Assembly: GCA_965224015.1 (NCBI GenBank)
Contig: OZ245032.1
Coordinates: 939,201 to 1,003,200 of the forward strand
From: Hyphomicrobiales bacterium
GTDB taxonomy: Bacteria > Pseudomonadota > Alphaproteobacteria > Rhizobiales > CBDCVD01
Direction: 5' to 3'
Length of the DNA stretch: 64,000 nt
Part shown: positions 27,319-37,463 of the stretch, one piece after another
How the letters are laid out: each line of letters opens with the position of its first letter
Numbering within the stretch: the stretch's first letter is position 1
Translations under genes and position numbers: made by a program
Notes under the pieces: model-generated
What the model was told of the DNA's origin: nothing
Seen by the model: only the letters and a program-made list of their open reading frames with translations
Databases searched by the model: none

Positions 27319-27960
27319 ATGACCGATCAATCCCCCACGTCCTGGAGTTGGCGCACCGCAAGAGAGCGAGGTCTCTCGTTGCCCAATGTCCTGACCTACG
27401 CGCGCATTGCCGCGGTACCTTTTGTGGTCGCGTGTTTTTTTTGGAAAAATTCCGAGGTTGCCCGCTGGGTGGCTTTAACCATATTCGCGCTGGCCGCAGT
27501 AACGGATTGGCTGGATGGTTTTCTTGCCCGTATGTGGTCGCAGCAGTCCTCCCTGGGGCGCATGCTGGACCCGATTGCGGACAAGCTTTTGGTCTCTGCG
27601 TGTTTGTTAATGCTGGCCAGTGACGGAACGATTTCCGGTTGGTCATTGTGGGCCGCGATAATTATATTGAGCCGGGAGATCCTGCTGTCGGGTTTGCGCG
27701 AGTTTTTAGCCGAGGTGCAGGTGAGCGTTCCGGTGACCTGGCTTGCCAAGTGGAAAACGGCGGTACAGTTATTGGCGCTTGGTTTTCTGCTTGCGGGACC
27801 GGCAGGTGAGCGGGTTTTGCCAGGGACAATTAATCTGGGCACCATGCTGCTTTGGGTCGCGGCAATCCTGACCCTTTACACGGGTTACGACTATTTCCGC
27901 GCCGCGGCCCGACATTTTTTGATGACAACCCCTGAAGTCAGAGACCCGGAACAGACTTGA
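27319..27960 (+). CDS. pgsA: CDP-diacylglycerol--glycerol-3-phosphate 3-phosphatidyltransferase
   Basis: 213 aa, DWLDGFLARMWSQQSSLGRMLDPIADK CDP-alcohol phosphatidyltransferase motif. Confidence 0.88.
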   Translation: MTDQSPTSWSWRTARERGLSLPNVLTYARIAAVPFVVACFFWKNSEVARWVALTIFALAAVTDWLDGFLARMWSQQSSLGRMLDPIADKLLVSACLLMLASDGTISGWSLWAAIIILSREILLSGLREFLAEVQVSVPVTWLAKWKTAVQLLALGFLLAGPAGERVLPGTINLGTMLLWVAAILTLYTGYDYFRAAARHFLMTTPEVRDPEQT

Positions 27961-28022
27961 TGTTGGCCGGAAGATGTTTTTGAAGTCGCAATTCGTCAAG
28001 ACGTTGGCGCCGCCTGTTACGC

Positions 28023-28059
28023 GAAACGGGTTTTTTTAAGGGAAACGGGTTTTTTAAGG
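28023..28059. repeat. Tandem repeat, 18-19-bp unit x2
   Basis: GAAACGGGTTTTTTTAAGG / GAAACGGGTTTTTTAAGG. Confidence 0.85.
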
Positions 28060-28074
28060 AATGAATGGGCTTAA

Positions 28075-28150
28075 CCAGAGCGTGTCAGGTGGGCCTCATT
28101 ATTAATTACCATCACACGCTCTGGCCAGATCGCAAATAGATGTTTCCAGC
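28075..28150 (-). repeat. RepC copy (short form, reverse orientation)
   Basis: The reverse complement starts AGCTGGAAACATCTATTTGCGATCTGGCC. Contains the 11-bp inverted repeat CCAGAGCGTGT...ACACGCTCTGG and ends GAGGCCCACCTG. Confidence 0.7.
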
Positions 28151-28190
28151 TTATACCGCGAATGCGTCCATGACATTGGAGGATATGATC

Positions 28191-29090
28191 ATGACCCAAG
28201 CAACTGAATACCCGTGGGCCGGAGCTTGCTATCCGACCGTTACCGGTTTTTTTGACGAAGCGACCCATACGGTCAGCTATTTGATCAAGAGCCCAAACTC
28301 AACGGCTGCCGCTATTATTGATTCGGTCCTTGACTACGATCCCGCAGCCGCCCGTCTCGACTACAGGTCCGCCGACGAAATCATCGCTCAGGTAGAGCGC
28401 GACAATCTGCAAGTTGAATGGATTCTGGAAACCCACGTACACGCTGATCACCTCTCTGCCGCCCCCTATCTGAAGGAAAAGCTCGGGGGCAGGATTGGTA
28501 TTGGCGATCAGATTACGGTGGTGCAAAACGTCTTCGGCAAGATCTTCAACGCCGGAACGGAATTCGAGCGCGACGGCAGCCAGTTTGACCATCTGTTTGC
28601 TGATGGGGACACGTTTACCATCGGCGAGCTGAGCGGTTACGCCATCCATACGCCAGGGCATACCCCTGCGTGCATGACCTACGTGATTGGCAACGCGGCA
28701 TTTGTAGGGGATACGCTATTCATGCCCGATTTTGGCACCGCACGGGCGGATTTTCCTGGCGGCGATGCGCGCATCCTATACCGCTCCATCAGGAAAGTCC
28801 TGTCCCTGCCGCTCGACACACGGCTATACATGTGCCACGATTACAAAGCTCCGGGGCGCGACGACTATGTCTGGGAAACAACCGTCAAAGAGCAGCGCGA
28901 AACCAATATCCATGTCAACGACACCATCAGCGAGGACGAGTTCGTGGAAATGCGCCGGGCCCGGGATGCGACCCTGGGCATGCCGGCCCTGATCCTGCCA
29001 TCCGTTCAGGTGAACATGCGTGCAGGGGAAATGCCCCCCGCCGAGGAAGACGGAAAGCGCTATCTGAAAATTCCTCTTGATACATTGTGA
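28191..29090 (+). CDS. MBL-fold metallo-hydrolase, persulfide dioxygenase (ETHE1/Blh-like)
   Basis: THVHADHLSAAPYL metal motif, HTPGHTP, D..F.PD. Start set at the ATG preceded by GGAGG. The ORF track starts at 28140. Confidence 0.8.
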   Translation: MTQATEYPWAGACYPTVTGFFDEATHTVSYLIKSPNSTAAAIIDSVLDYDPAAARLDYRSADEIIAQVERDNLQVEWILETHVHADHLSAAPYLKEKLGGRIGIGDQITVVQNVFGKIFNAGTEFERDGSQFDHLFADGDTFTIGELSGYAIHTPGHTPACMTYVIGNAAFVGDTLFMPDFGTARADFPGGDARILYRSIRKVLSLPLDTRLYMCHDYKAPGRDDYVWETTVKEQRETNIHVNDTISEDEFVEMRRARDATLGMPALILPSVQVNMRAGEMPPAEEDGKRYLKIPLDTL

Positions 29091-29152
29091 TGGGACCCCT
29101 TACAGTGTGGTCGCGCCCGCACCCCTGACGCCCGAATAAATATACCTTCAAT

Positions 29153-29195
29153 GTAGGTGGGCCTTTCTGTTAACGGGCCTACCTACCCGCTCCCC
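29153..29195 (-). repeat. RepC 3' hairpin module
   Basis: The reverse complement is GGGGAGCGGGTAGGTAGGCCCGTTAACAGAAAGGCCCACCTAC. The arms GTAGGTAGGCC / GGCCCACCTAC can pair. Confidence 0.75.
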
Positions 29196-29212
29196 TTCAT
29201 ATAGCTTTTAGA

Positions 29213-29252
29213 GAGCGTGTCAGGTCTTAATAGAACCATTCTGACGGAGCGA
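29213..29252 (+). repeat. RepB short form
   Basis: GAGCGTGTCAGGTCTTAATAGAACCATTCTGACGGAGCGA. Confidence 0.85.
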
Positions 29253-29260
29253 ATGACAAA

Positions 29261-29689
29261 ATGGATATCAAACCCCTCACCGACACGTTTGCTGTCAGCG
29301 GCCAAATCACGGCCGCGGATCTCGGCGAGATTGCCCGAGCAGGATACAAGAGTATAGTCTGCAATCGCCCCGACAACGAGGTCCCCGGCCAGCCGACCTA
29401 TGATCAGATCGCACACACGGCTGCAACCATGGGACTGGTTTGTGCCCATGTTCCGTCCATTTCGGGGGCTATGACCACTGAGGATGCCGACGCCATGGGC
29501 GAGGCTCTGGATACACTGCCTGCCCCTATTTTGGCCTATTGTCGCACCGGGACCCGCAGCACGACCCTGTGGGCTCTTGCAGTTGCGGATGAACACCCCA
29601 TCGAAGACATCTTGCAGCGCGCATCAGTTGCAGGCTATGATCTCTCCCTGGTATCAAACATCCTACACCAACGTGCAAAGCGTCTCTGA
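29261..29689 (+). CDS. TIGR01244/DUF442-family sulfurtransferase-like protein
   Basis: 142 aa, FAVSGQITAADLGEIARAGYKSIVCNRPDNE...ILAYCRTGTRS (Cys-X5-R phosphatase-like loop). Confidence 0.8.
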   Translation: MDIKPLTDTFAVSGQITAADLGEIARAGYKSIVCNRPDNEVPGQPTYDQIAHTAATMGLVCAHVPSISGAMTTEDADAMGEALDTLPAPILAYCRTGTRSTTLWALAVADEHPIEDILQRASVAGYDLSLVSNILHQRAKRL

Positions 29690-29843
29690 TCGCGCCCCCC
29701 GCATTTCGATTAAAGAGCCATAGGCATCGGTTATAAACGACGCACAACAATTTTATGTTCGTACCCCTGCCCTGGGCCGAAAGCATGAGGCCGGTCCCGG
29801 CATCTGTCTCATCGTTCTGTCATGGAGTATCAAGGAGGAAGCC

Positions 29844-31079
29844 ATGGGTGACAACAATTCCACACAGTCATACGAGGTCATTATTGTCGGGGGCGGCGCC
29901 GCCGGTATTGCCTGCGCTGCCAGCCTTTTGCGTCGGCGAGGCGATCTTGACATTGCGATTGTTGAGCCATCCAACACCCATTATTATCAGCCTGGCTGGA
30001 CCATGGTTGGCGGCGGCATCTTTGATCCTCGCCAGACCGTGCGCGCAACCGCAAGCCTCGTGCCGACAGGTGTTGCGTGGATCAAAGGGCGGGTGGCAAC
30101 GTTTGCCCCCGACGACAATCGTATCCTTTTGCAAGACAACAGCGCCCTTTCCTATCGCTATCTGGTTGTTGCGCCCGGCATTCAGATCAATGTTGATGCT
30201 GTCGAGGGCCTGGCCGATACGTTGGGCAAAAACGGTGTCACCTCAAATTACTTTTACCAGCACGCGCCTTATACCTGGAAGCTGGTGCAGGAGTTAAATG
30301 GCGGGCACGCCGTCTTTACACAGCCGCCCCTTCCCTTTAAGTGCGCCGGCGCGCCGCAAAAGGCCATGTATCTTGCATGCGACCATTGGCGCCGTCAGGG
30401 TGTGCTCGATTCCATTGAGGTGGACTTTTTCAACGCCGGGGGCGTGTTATTTGGTGTTGAGGATTATATTCCTGCTCTCATGCAATACGTTAACAAATAC
30501 GATGCACAGCTCAACTTTAACCACAACCTCAAGGCCATAGACGGCGCGGACAAAAAGGCCTGGTTTGCCGCAAAGGACGCTGAGGGCAACGACAAGGATG
30601 TGGAGGTTTCATTTGACATGATTCATGTATGCCCTCCGCAAGGGGCACCGGACTTTATCGCCCAAAGTCCGCTTGCGGCGCAAAGCGGCTTTGTTGACGT
30701 GGACCCCCATACCCTGCGTCACAGCAAGTACGAGAATATTTTTGGTCTGGGGGATGCGGGCGCCATGCCCAACGCCAAAACCGCGGCGGCAGCGCGCAAG
30801 CAGGCCCCCGTCGTTGCCGAAAATATGATCGCGGTCATGGACGGCAAGCCACTCACTGGCCACTATAGCGGTTATGGGGCCTGCCCGCTCACCGTTGAGC
30901 GGGGGCGCGTTGTTCTTGCCGAATTCGCCTATGAAGGCAAGCTTGAACCCACTTTTTCCTGGCTTGACGGCACCCAGGCCACGCGCACGGCTTGGCTCCT
31001 GAAGGCGCATGTTATGCCGCGGGTCTATTGGAATGCCATGCTTGAAGGGCGCGAGTGGTTGGTTAGTCCCGGGGTGTAA
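29844..31079 (+). CDS. sqr: Sulfide:quinone oxidoreductase (type II-like FAD-dependent)
   Basis: 411 aa, VIIVGGGAAGIACA dinucleotide fold and HYYQPGWTMVGGG, typical of type II SQR. The 3' end overlaps the convergent pgi by 17 bp. Confidence 0.85.
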   Translation: MGDNNSTQSYEVIIVGGGAAGIACAASLLRRRGDLDIAIVEPSNTHYYQPGWTMVGGGIFDPRQTVRATASLVPTGVAWIKGRVATFAPDDNRILLQDNSALSYRYLVVAPGIQINVDAVEGLADTLGKNGVTSNYFYQHAPYTWKLVQELNGGHAVFTQPPLPFKCAGAPQKAMYLACDHWRRQGVLDSIEVDFFNAGGVLFGVEDYIPALMQYVNKYDAQLNFNHNLKAIDGADKKAWFAAKDAEGNDKDVEVSFDMIHVCPPQGAPDFIAQSPLAAQSGFVDVDPHTLRHSKYENIFGLGDAGAMPNAKTAAAARKQAPVVAENMIAVMDGKPLTGHYSGYGACPLTVERGRVVLAEFAYEGKLEPTFSWLDGTQATRTAWLLKAHVMPRVYWNAMLEGREWLVSPGV

Positions 31080-32802
31080 GGTGTTTGCGCAGGCGATGGA
31101 TATGCGCGATCAGCCCGGCGCTTGAAGCGTCCATATGGCCGTCCGGCGCCGGCGTAGGGCCCGTTTCATGCGCTGCCATAGACAGCGGCTGCCGTAACCG
31201 CTCGGCCAATTGCTTGCCCAGTTCCACGCCCCATTGGTCAAACGAATTGATCCCCCAGACAATTCCCTCGACAAAGGTCCTGTGCTCGTAAAGGGCAATT
31301 AGCTGGCCAAGTGTGTAGGGGTCAAGACGGGCATAGATCATCGTGTTGGAGGGGCGGTTGCCGGGAAAGGCGCGATGGGGAGCCAGGGCTGCGACTTGCG
31401 TCTCACTCATGCCTGACCGGCGCAACTCGACCCGCACCTCGTCAGGGGTCTTGCCAAATGCCAGCGCCTGGGACTGCGCCAGACAATTGGCCAACAGCAG
31501 GTCATGATGGGAGATGTCATCCTGCCCCGTCTCTGCTGCTGGAGCCAGGACCGCCGCATCCCTGGCGCTTGCGTTCGCGGCAACAAGAAAGTCGCACGGG
31601 ATCATCTGCGGCCCCTGGTGCAACTGTTGCATAAAGGCGTGTTGGGCATTGGTTCCTGGTTCTCCCCACACCACAGGGGCTGTTGCCCGGGCCACCGGCG
31701 TGCCGTCGCGGCGCACTGCCTTGCCGTTACTTTCCATGATCAGCTGTTGCAAATACGCGGGAAAGCGATGCAATCTTTGATCGTAAGGGATGACCGCATG
31801 AGTTGCGCAGTCCCAGCTGTTGCGATACCAAATGCCGAGCATGGCCATGATAACGGGGATATTCTTTTCCAGTGGTTCGTTGCGAAAATGCGCGTCAACA
31901 CAACGGGCTCCATCGAGAAATTGAATGAAATTCTCATGACCGATCGCAATCATTAAGGAAAGCCCGATCGCCGACCAGATCGAATACCGACCGCCAACCC
32001 AATCCCAAAACACAAACATGCGCTCAGGCGCGATGCCAAAATCCCGCACCCGCTCCCCATGGCTTGAAACGGCGGCAAAATGATACTTGACCGCAGCCTC
32101 CCCAAGCGCCTCAGTCAGCCAGCGCCGCGCGGAACGCGCATTGGTCATGGTTTCCTGGGTTGAAAAGGTCTTTGAGGCAACAATAAACAAGGTACGCGCC
32201 GCATCAAGCGTGCTGAGGGTGTCTGCAAGATGGGCCGCATCCACGTTGGAAACAAAATGAACGCGCAGATTTCTATTGCCATAAGGGGCAAGGGCCGCGA
32301 CCGCCATGGCCGGCCCCAGGTCCGAGCCCCCGATACCGATGTTGACAATGTCGCTCAAGCGCGCCCCATTGGCGCCGGTGATGGCGCCGGTGCGAACCGC
32401 TTCAGCGAACGCCCCCATAGCCCTTTGCACGTCCATCACCGGCGCCATAACGGCCTCGCCATAGCAGCAAAAATCATCATCCGCACGACCGCGTAAGGCT
32501 GCATGCAAGACCGCTCGGTCTTCGGTGGTGTTGACTTTGTCACCGGCGAACATCCGGTCTCGCCACGCCTTGATGTCGGCCGCACGTGCCAGTTCAAACA
32601 ACCGTGTCATTGTCTCATCGACAATCAGGTTTTTTGAATAGTCAAACACGATAGCATCAAGATGGCAGGAAAATCGGACAAAGCGGTCGGGCTCGCGGGC
32701 AAACAGGGTGCGCAGATGCACGTTCTGCAAATCCGCTTTATGGGCGTCAAGGGCTGCAAACAGGCGGTCAATACGTTTTTCGTCCCGGTATTCGCTGATC
32801 AC
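31063..32802 (-). CDS. pgi: Glucose-6-phosphate isomerase
   Basis: 579 aa, IGIGGSDLGP, GGRYSIWSAIGL, and the sugar isomerase C-terminal region. Confidence 0.93.
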   Translation of the reverse strand: MISEYRDEKRIDRLFAALDAHKADLQNVHLRTLFAREPDRFVRFSCHLDAIVFDYSKNLIVDETMTRLFELARAADIKAWRDRMFAGDKVNTTEDRAVLHAALRGRADDDFCCYGEAVMAPVMDVQRAMGAFAEAVRTGAITGANGARLSDIVNIGIGGSDLGPAMAVAALAPYGNRNLRVHFVSNVDAAHLADTLSTLDAARTLFIVASKTFSTQETMTNARSARRWLTEALGEAAVKYHFAAVSSHGERVRDFGIAPERMFVFWDWVGGRYSIWSAIGLSLMIAIGHENFIQFLDGARCVDAHFRNEPLEKNIPVIMAMLGIWYRNSWDCATHAVIPYDQRLHRFPAYLQQLIMESNGKAVRRDGTPVARATAPVVWGEPGTNAQHAFMQQLHQGPQMIPCDFLVAANASARDAAVLAPAAETGQDDISHHDLLLANCLAQSQALAFGKTPDEVRVELRRSGMSETQVAALAPHRAFPGNRPSNTMIYARLDPYTLGQLIALYEHRTFVEGIVWGINSFDQWGVELGKQLAERLRQPLSMAAHETGPTPAPDGHMDASSAGLIAHIHRLRKHLTPRD

Positions 32803-32841
32803 GTCTTCACATCTTCCTGCGTGTTGTTTTCAAATCGAATC

Positions 32842-33978
32842 TCATAGAGGCGCGATATCGCCGCGCGCCCAGCCCGCACGGGCAGCGGCGTGATAGTCTT
32901 CATAGGTCCCGCCGCGAATGGCATCTCGCGCCCCTTGCATGAGCTGCTGATAATAATGCACGTTTATCCGGCTCAAAAGCATGCCACCAAGAGGCTCTCC
33001 GGCTTTGACCAAATGGTGCAGATAGGCCCGTGAAGTGGTGGCGCTCACCGCGCAAGGGCTTAGCGCATCTACCGGTCGGGGATCGTCGGCGTGCCGGGCG
33101 TTGCGCAGATTGATCTTGCCAAATCGCGTATAGGCGGTGCCGTGGCGCCCGGCACGGGTTGGCAATACACAGTCGAACATATCAACGCCAAGGGCAATCG
33201 CTTTCAAAAGATCGTCAGGTGTGCCCACCCCCATAAGATAGCGTGGCTTGTGCTCAGGCAGAAGGCTTAGGGTTGCCTCCACGATCTTGAGCATTACCTC
33301 TTGCGGCTCGCCTACCGCCAGACCGCCAATGGCATGGCCATGAAAATCCATGTCCACAAGCGCCGCCGCCGATTGGCGGCGCAGGCCCGGATCATCACCC
33401 CCCTGCACAATACCAAATAACGCGCCGACGTTCTCTTTTCTGTCCAGAAACGCCCTTTGTGCCCGCTCAGCCCAACGCAGGGACAACACCATGGCGCGCT
33501 TCATCTCGGCATGGGGGCTTGGAAGTTTCAAGCATTCGTCCAACTGCATTTGAATATCGGCGCCGAGCAGACTTTGAATTTGCACCGCCCGTTCCGGGGT
33601 CAACACGTGTTGCGTTCCATCAATATGGGAGCGAAACGTCACCCCCTTTTGCGATATTGTGCGCAAAGCTGCCAGGCTCATCACCTGAAAACCACCCGAA
33701 TCGGTCAGGATCGGATGCGGCCACCCGATAAATCCATGCAGTCCCCCCAGTCTGGCGATCCGTTCGGCACCCGGTCGCAGCATTAAATGATATGTATTGC
33801 CGAGAATAATATCAGCACCTGCTGCGCGCACGTCCTCCATGGTCATCGCCTTGACGGCACCTTGCGTACCCACGGGCATGAATGCCGGGGTACGAACGCA
33901 CCCACGTGCCGTATGGATGTGCCCGCACCGCGCCGCGCCATCGACACCCTTCAGCACATATGCAAAATGCTCACTCAT
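32842..33978 (-). CDS. tgt: Queuine tRNA-ribosyltransferase
   Basis: TDSGGFQV and GLAVGE motifs. Start at MSEHFAYVL, whose ATG overlaps the queA TGA (ATGA). The ORF track starts at 34077. Confidence 0.92.
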   Translation of the reverse strand: MSEHFAYVLKGVDGAARCGHIHTARGCVRTPAFMPVGTQGAVKAMTMEDVRAAGADIILGNTYHLMLRPGAERIARLGGLHGFIGWPHPILTDSGGFQVMSLAALRTISQKGVTFRSHIDGTQHVLTPERAVQIQSLLGADIQMQLDECLKLPSPHAEMKRAMVLSLRWAERAQRAFLDRKENVGALFGIVQGGDDPGLRRQSAAALVDMDFHGHAIGGLAVGEPQEVMLKIVEATLSLLPEHKPRYLMGVGTPDDLLKAIALGVDMFDCVLPTRAGRHGTAYTRFGKINLRNARHADDPRPVDALSPCAVSATTSRAYLHHLVKAGEPLGGMLLSRINVHYYQQLMQGARDAIRGGTYEDYHAAARAGWARGDIAPL

Positions 33979-35102
33979 ACAGGGGGAAATAGCAAACATG
34001 CGTCGCCGTAGGAATAAAAACGATAGTCTTTTGCAATGGCGTGGGCGTAGGCACGGTGCATGGTCTTTGTGCCGCAAAGGGCGCAGACCAACATAAACAG
34101 TGTCGAGCGCGGCAAATGAAAATTGGTCAACAGCCCATCGATTGCGCGAAACCGGTATCCGGGGACAATAAACAGGTCACTGGCGCCGCGGAAGGGTTCG
34201 ATGTTGCCGTGGGCGTCGGCGGCGGTCTCCAACAGGCGCAAACTGGTGGTGCCCACCGCAATCACCCGCCCGCCGCTTCGACGCACTTTATTGATGGTGG
34301 CAGCCGCTCCGGGAGTGATCTCCCCCTGTTCCGTGTGCATGACATGCGCATTGGTATCCTCGGCGCGCACCGGCAAAAACGTGCCCGCCCCCACATGCAA
34401 CGTCACAAAGGCGCTTCGAATACCCCTGCGGGCCACGTGCTCAAGAAGCCGCCTGGTAAAATGCAGCCCCGCGGTTGGCGCCGCAACCGCGCCCTCGTGC
34501 TTGGCATAGATCGTTTGATAGGCCGTCTCGTCGCCACCATCACGAGGGCGGCGACTGGCAATATAGGGCGGCAAGGGTGTACTCCCGCAGGCCTTAATGG
34601 CCTCCATAAGCGCCGAGCCCTCGCGGTTAAAGGCCAGTTCTGCTTCGCCGCGCGCAAGCCGGACGACCGCTGCCTTGAGCGGCTCTTTAGTGTAAGTGCC
34701 GTGTCCATAAAAAAGCACCTCATCCCCACATCTTAGCTTTCGCGCCGGCCTGGTAAAGGCGCGCCAGCGCGCAGCAGACACCTGTTGATGCAGGGTAAAT
34801 GAGAGCGCGGCCCCTTCTGACTGTTCCTGTTCCTGTTCCTGTTCCTGGCCCTGGTTCCCGCGCATGTCATCAGACACAGCCGGACGCACGCGCGTGCCGC
34901 TAAGTTGGGCCGGGATGACCCTTGTATCGTTGAACACCAAGCAATCCCCGGGGCGCAGCAAGTGGGGAAGGTCCAGAACACGTTGATCTGCGAGCTTGCC
35001 CTGGCCCGTGAGCATCAGCAGCCGCGCCCTGTCACGCGGGCTCACGGGATGCAGCGCAATGCGCGAGGCCGGCAAATCAAAATCAAAGATATCCGTTCGC
35101 AT
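33975..35102 (-). CDS. queA: S-adenosylmethionine:tRNA ribosyltransferase-isomerase
   Basis: 375 aa, MRTDIFDFDLPASRIALHPVSPRD...TPLPPYI...GTTSLR. Confidence 0.92.
   Translation of the reverse strand: MRTDIFDFDLPASRIALHPVSPRDRARLLMLTGQGKLADQRVLDLPHLLRPGDCLVFNDTRVIPAQLSGTRVRPAVSDDMRGNQGQEQEQEQEQSEGAALSFTLHQQVSAARWRAFTRPARKLRCGDEVLFYGHGTYTKEPLKAAVVRLARGEAELAFNREGSALMEAIKACGSTPLPPYIASRRPRDGGDETAYQTIYAKHEGAVAAPTAGLHFTRRLLEHVARRGIRSAFVTLHVGAGTFLPVRAEDTNAHVMHTEQGEITPGAAATINKVRRSGGRVIAVGTTSLRLLETAADAHGNIEPFRGASDLFIVPGYRFRAIDGLLTNFHLPRSTLFMLVCALCGTKTMHRAYAHAIAKDYRFYSYGDACLLFPPV
34821..34856. repeat. In-frame 6-bp tandem repeat inside queA
   Basis: CTGTTC x4, then CTGGCC CTGGTT. On the coding strand this encodes GNQGQEQEQEQEQ. 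Confidence 0.9.
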
Positions 35103-35144
35103 GGCCCTCGTTACCGCTTCCCCAAAACCGCGGGTGCAAAGGCT

Positions 35145-35621
35145 TCAGGCCGGGATATCGGCTGCGACTTTCAGGCTTTTTATCCTGTCAGGTTGCGCAA
35201 CCGGCTCTCCGCGCTCCAGACTGTCGATGGCTTCCATACCCTCAACAACCCGGCCCCAGACCGTATATTCCCCGTCCAGCCAGGGAGCCTGGGTAAAACA
35301 GATGAAAAACTGGCTGTCAGCAGAGTTCGGGTCTCCCGCGCGCGCCATGGAACAGGTTCCGCGCACGTGCTTTTCCTTTGAGAATTCCGCTGCCAGCTTT
35401 TTACCCGATCCCCCTGTTCCCGTTCCCTGGGGACAACCGGTCTGGGCCATAAAATTGTCGATCACCCGATGAAACACGACGCCATCATAGAACCCATCGC
35501 GAACCAGTTCCTTGATGCGGGCCACGTGGCGAGGTGCCAGATCGTCGCGCATGGTGATAGTTGCGGTGCCTTTGGTGGTTTCCATGACGAGGGTGTTTTC
35601 ACTGCTGTGTGAAGTATTCAT
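35145..35621 (-). CDS. ppiB: Peptidyl-prolyl cis-trans isomerase (cytoplasmic cyclophilin)
   Basis: 158 aa, FHRVIDNFMAQTGCPQGTGTGGSG...WLDGEYTVWGRV. Confidence 0.92.
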   Translation of the reverse strand: MNTSHSSENTLVMETTKGTATITMRDDLAPRHVARIKELVRDGFYDGVVFHRVIDNFMAQTGCPQGTGTGGSGKKLAAEFSKEKHVRGTCSMARAGDPNSADSQFFICFTQAPWLDGEYTVWGRVVEGMEAIDSLERGEPVAQPDRIKSLKVAADIPA

Positions 35622-35654
35622 TGCAACTCCTTGATGTTGAAGACTGTTTATCCC

Positions 35655-35699
35655 CAGATGGGCATCTCAATTAACGGGCATCTACCTACCCACTCCCCT
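35655..35699 (-). repeat. RepC 3' hairpin module
   Basis: The reverse complement is GGGGAGTGGGTAGGTAGATGCCCGTTAATTGAGATGCCCATCTG. Confidence 0.75.
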
Positions 35700-35729
35700 T
35701 TATGGCTGGAGGCATTTATTGACGGCCTT

Positions 35730-36272
35730 TTACTGTACGAGGCGCATGGACAAGATGCGGTCGGGCGCGTTGACTTGTCCACCCCGGTCCCGGTCCCCCT
35801 TTTTGATCCGGTCCACATGGTCCATGCCGTTGATCACCTCGCCAAAAACCGTGTATTGTCCATTGAGCCAATCGCCGTTGGCAAACATAATAAAGAACTG
35901 CGAATTGGCGCTATTGGGATTTTGAGTGCGGGCCATACCGAGGGTCCCCCGCACGAACGGCGTGGAGGTAAATTCAGCGGCCAGATTGGGAAGGGACGAG
36001 CCGCCGCTGCCGGTACCGGTCGGGTCCCCCGTTTGCGCCATGAACCCCGCTATGACCCGATGGAAAGCCAGGCCGTCGTAGAACCCTTCGCGGGTCAGGG
36101 TCTTTATGCGCTCCACGTGCCGGGGGGCAAGATCGGGGCGTAGGCGAATCGTCACTTCGCCACTCTTAAGGGTCATAATCAGCGTGTTGCCCTTGTGCGC
36201 GCCTTCATCGGCGCACACCGCGAACAGGGCCGCGCTAGCGCTAACAAGTGCGCCCGCCACGACAACACGCAT
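35730..36272 (-). CDS. ppiA: Peptidyl-prolyl cis-trans isomerase (secreted cyclophilin)
   Basis: Start at [21 protein letters not shown] (signal peptide), then [23 protein letters not shown]. The ORF-track extension to 36614 has no homology signal. Confidence 0.9.
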   Translation of the reverse strand: MRVVVAGALVSASAALFAVCADEGAHKGNTLIMTLKSGEVTIRLRPDLAPRHVERIKTLTREGFYDGLAFHRVIAGFMAQTGDPTGTGSGGSSLPNLAAEFTSTPFVRGTLGMARTQNPNSANSQFFIMFANGDWLNGQYTVFGEVINGMDHVDRIKKGDRDRGGQVNAPDRILSMRLVQ

Positions 36273-36467
36273 GGCGATTTTTCTGATAAAATGTTGCAAT
36301 GGGAATCCTTTGGTATTCGATTGTCGATGTGTTATAGGATATGGCGCGTGGGCCAGACCTTGGGTGAGTGGAATGCGCGGGGCCCGGTTGAGCCTTTTTG
36401 GCGAACCACATGCGGGGATTCTTATCAGCAATGGGCCCAATTTTCCAGTGATGAATTGAGCAAGCGG

Positions 36468-37463
36468 ATGAACGAAACCGTTAAGCCAGTCCAGTCCGGA
36501 TTTTGCCGCCGCCATCTTCTGGGTATTGAACGCCTGTCCCGTGATGAAATCACCGCACTGCTTGATCTGGCCGATACGGCCGTCGATATAAACCGTCAGG
36601 TGGACAAAAAACACGTAACCTTGCGCGGACGCACCCAGATCAATCTTTTTTTCGAGCCGTCCACACGCACGCAGTCGTCTTTTGAGATCGCCGGTAAACG
36701 CTTAGGCGCGGACGTGATGAACATGTCCATCTCCACCTCGTCAGTGAAAAAGGGCGAAACGCTGCTGGACACGGCCGCGACATTGAACGCCATGCATCCG
36801 GATATACTGGTGGTGCGCCATTCTGCCGCGGGCGCGGTGGAACTGTTGGCGCAAAAGGTTACCGGATCGGTCATCAATGCCGGAGACGGCGCCCACGAGC
36901 ATCCCACCCAGGCGCTTCTTGATGCCCTGACAATCCGGCGCAACAAGGGCCGGTTGCAGGGCCTTATTGTAGCGATTTGCGGTGATATTCTGCACTCGCG
37001 GGTGGCACGTTCGAATATCGCACTGCTGAACGCATTTGGCGCGCGTGTGCGGGTGGTCGCGCCTTCCACCCTGCTTCCAAGCCATATTGAGACCCTGGGC
37101 GTGGAGGTGTTTACCGACATGGACGACGGATTGCAGGATTGCGATATTGTCATGATGCTGCGGCTCCAGACCGAGCGCATGGATGGGGCGTATATCCCTT
37201 CGACACGGGAGTATTTTCGTTTTTTTGGCCTGGACGCCGCTCGCCTTGGCCGGGCAAAACCTGATGCTCTGGTTATGCATCCGGGTCCCATGAATCGCGG
37301 CGTTGAAATTGATTCCGGGGTCGCTGACGGCCCTCAAAGCCTTATTCAGGAACAGGTTGAGATGGGCGTTGCGGTGCGCATGGCGGTCATGCAGGCCCTT
37401 GCCGCCAACGTTTCCAACTGCCCTCCCCTGTCCCATAAGAGGCCGGCGGAGAACCAGGCCTGA
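36468..37463 (+). CDS. pyrB: Aspartate carbamoyltransferase catalytic chain
   Basis: Start at MNETVKP. Contains [17 protein letters not shown] and HPGP motifs. The ORF track begins at 36195 inside the ppiA antisense. Confidence 0.93.
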   Translation: MNETVKPVQSGFCRRHLLGIERLSRDEITALLDLADTAVDINRQVDKKHVTLRGRTQINLFFEPSTRTQSSFEIAGKRLGADVMNMSISTSSVKKGETLLDTAATLNAMHPDILVVRHSAAGAVELLAQKVTGSVINAGDGAHEHPTQALLDALTIRRNKGRLQGLIVAICGDILHSRVARSNIALLNAFGARVRVVAPSTLLPSHIETLGVEVFTDMDDGLQDCDIVMMLRLQTERMDGAYIPSTREYFRFFGLDAARLGRAKPDALVMHPGPMNRGVEIDSGVADGPQSLIQEQVEMGVAVRMAVMQALAANVSNCPPLSHKRPAENQA

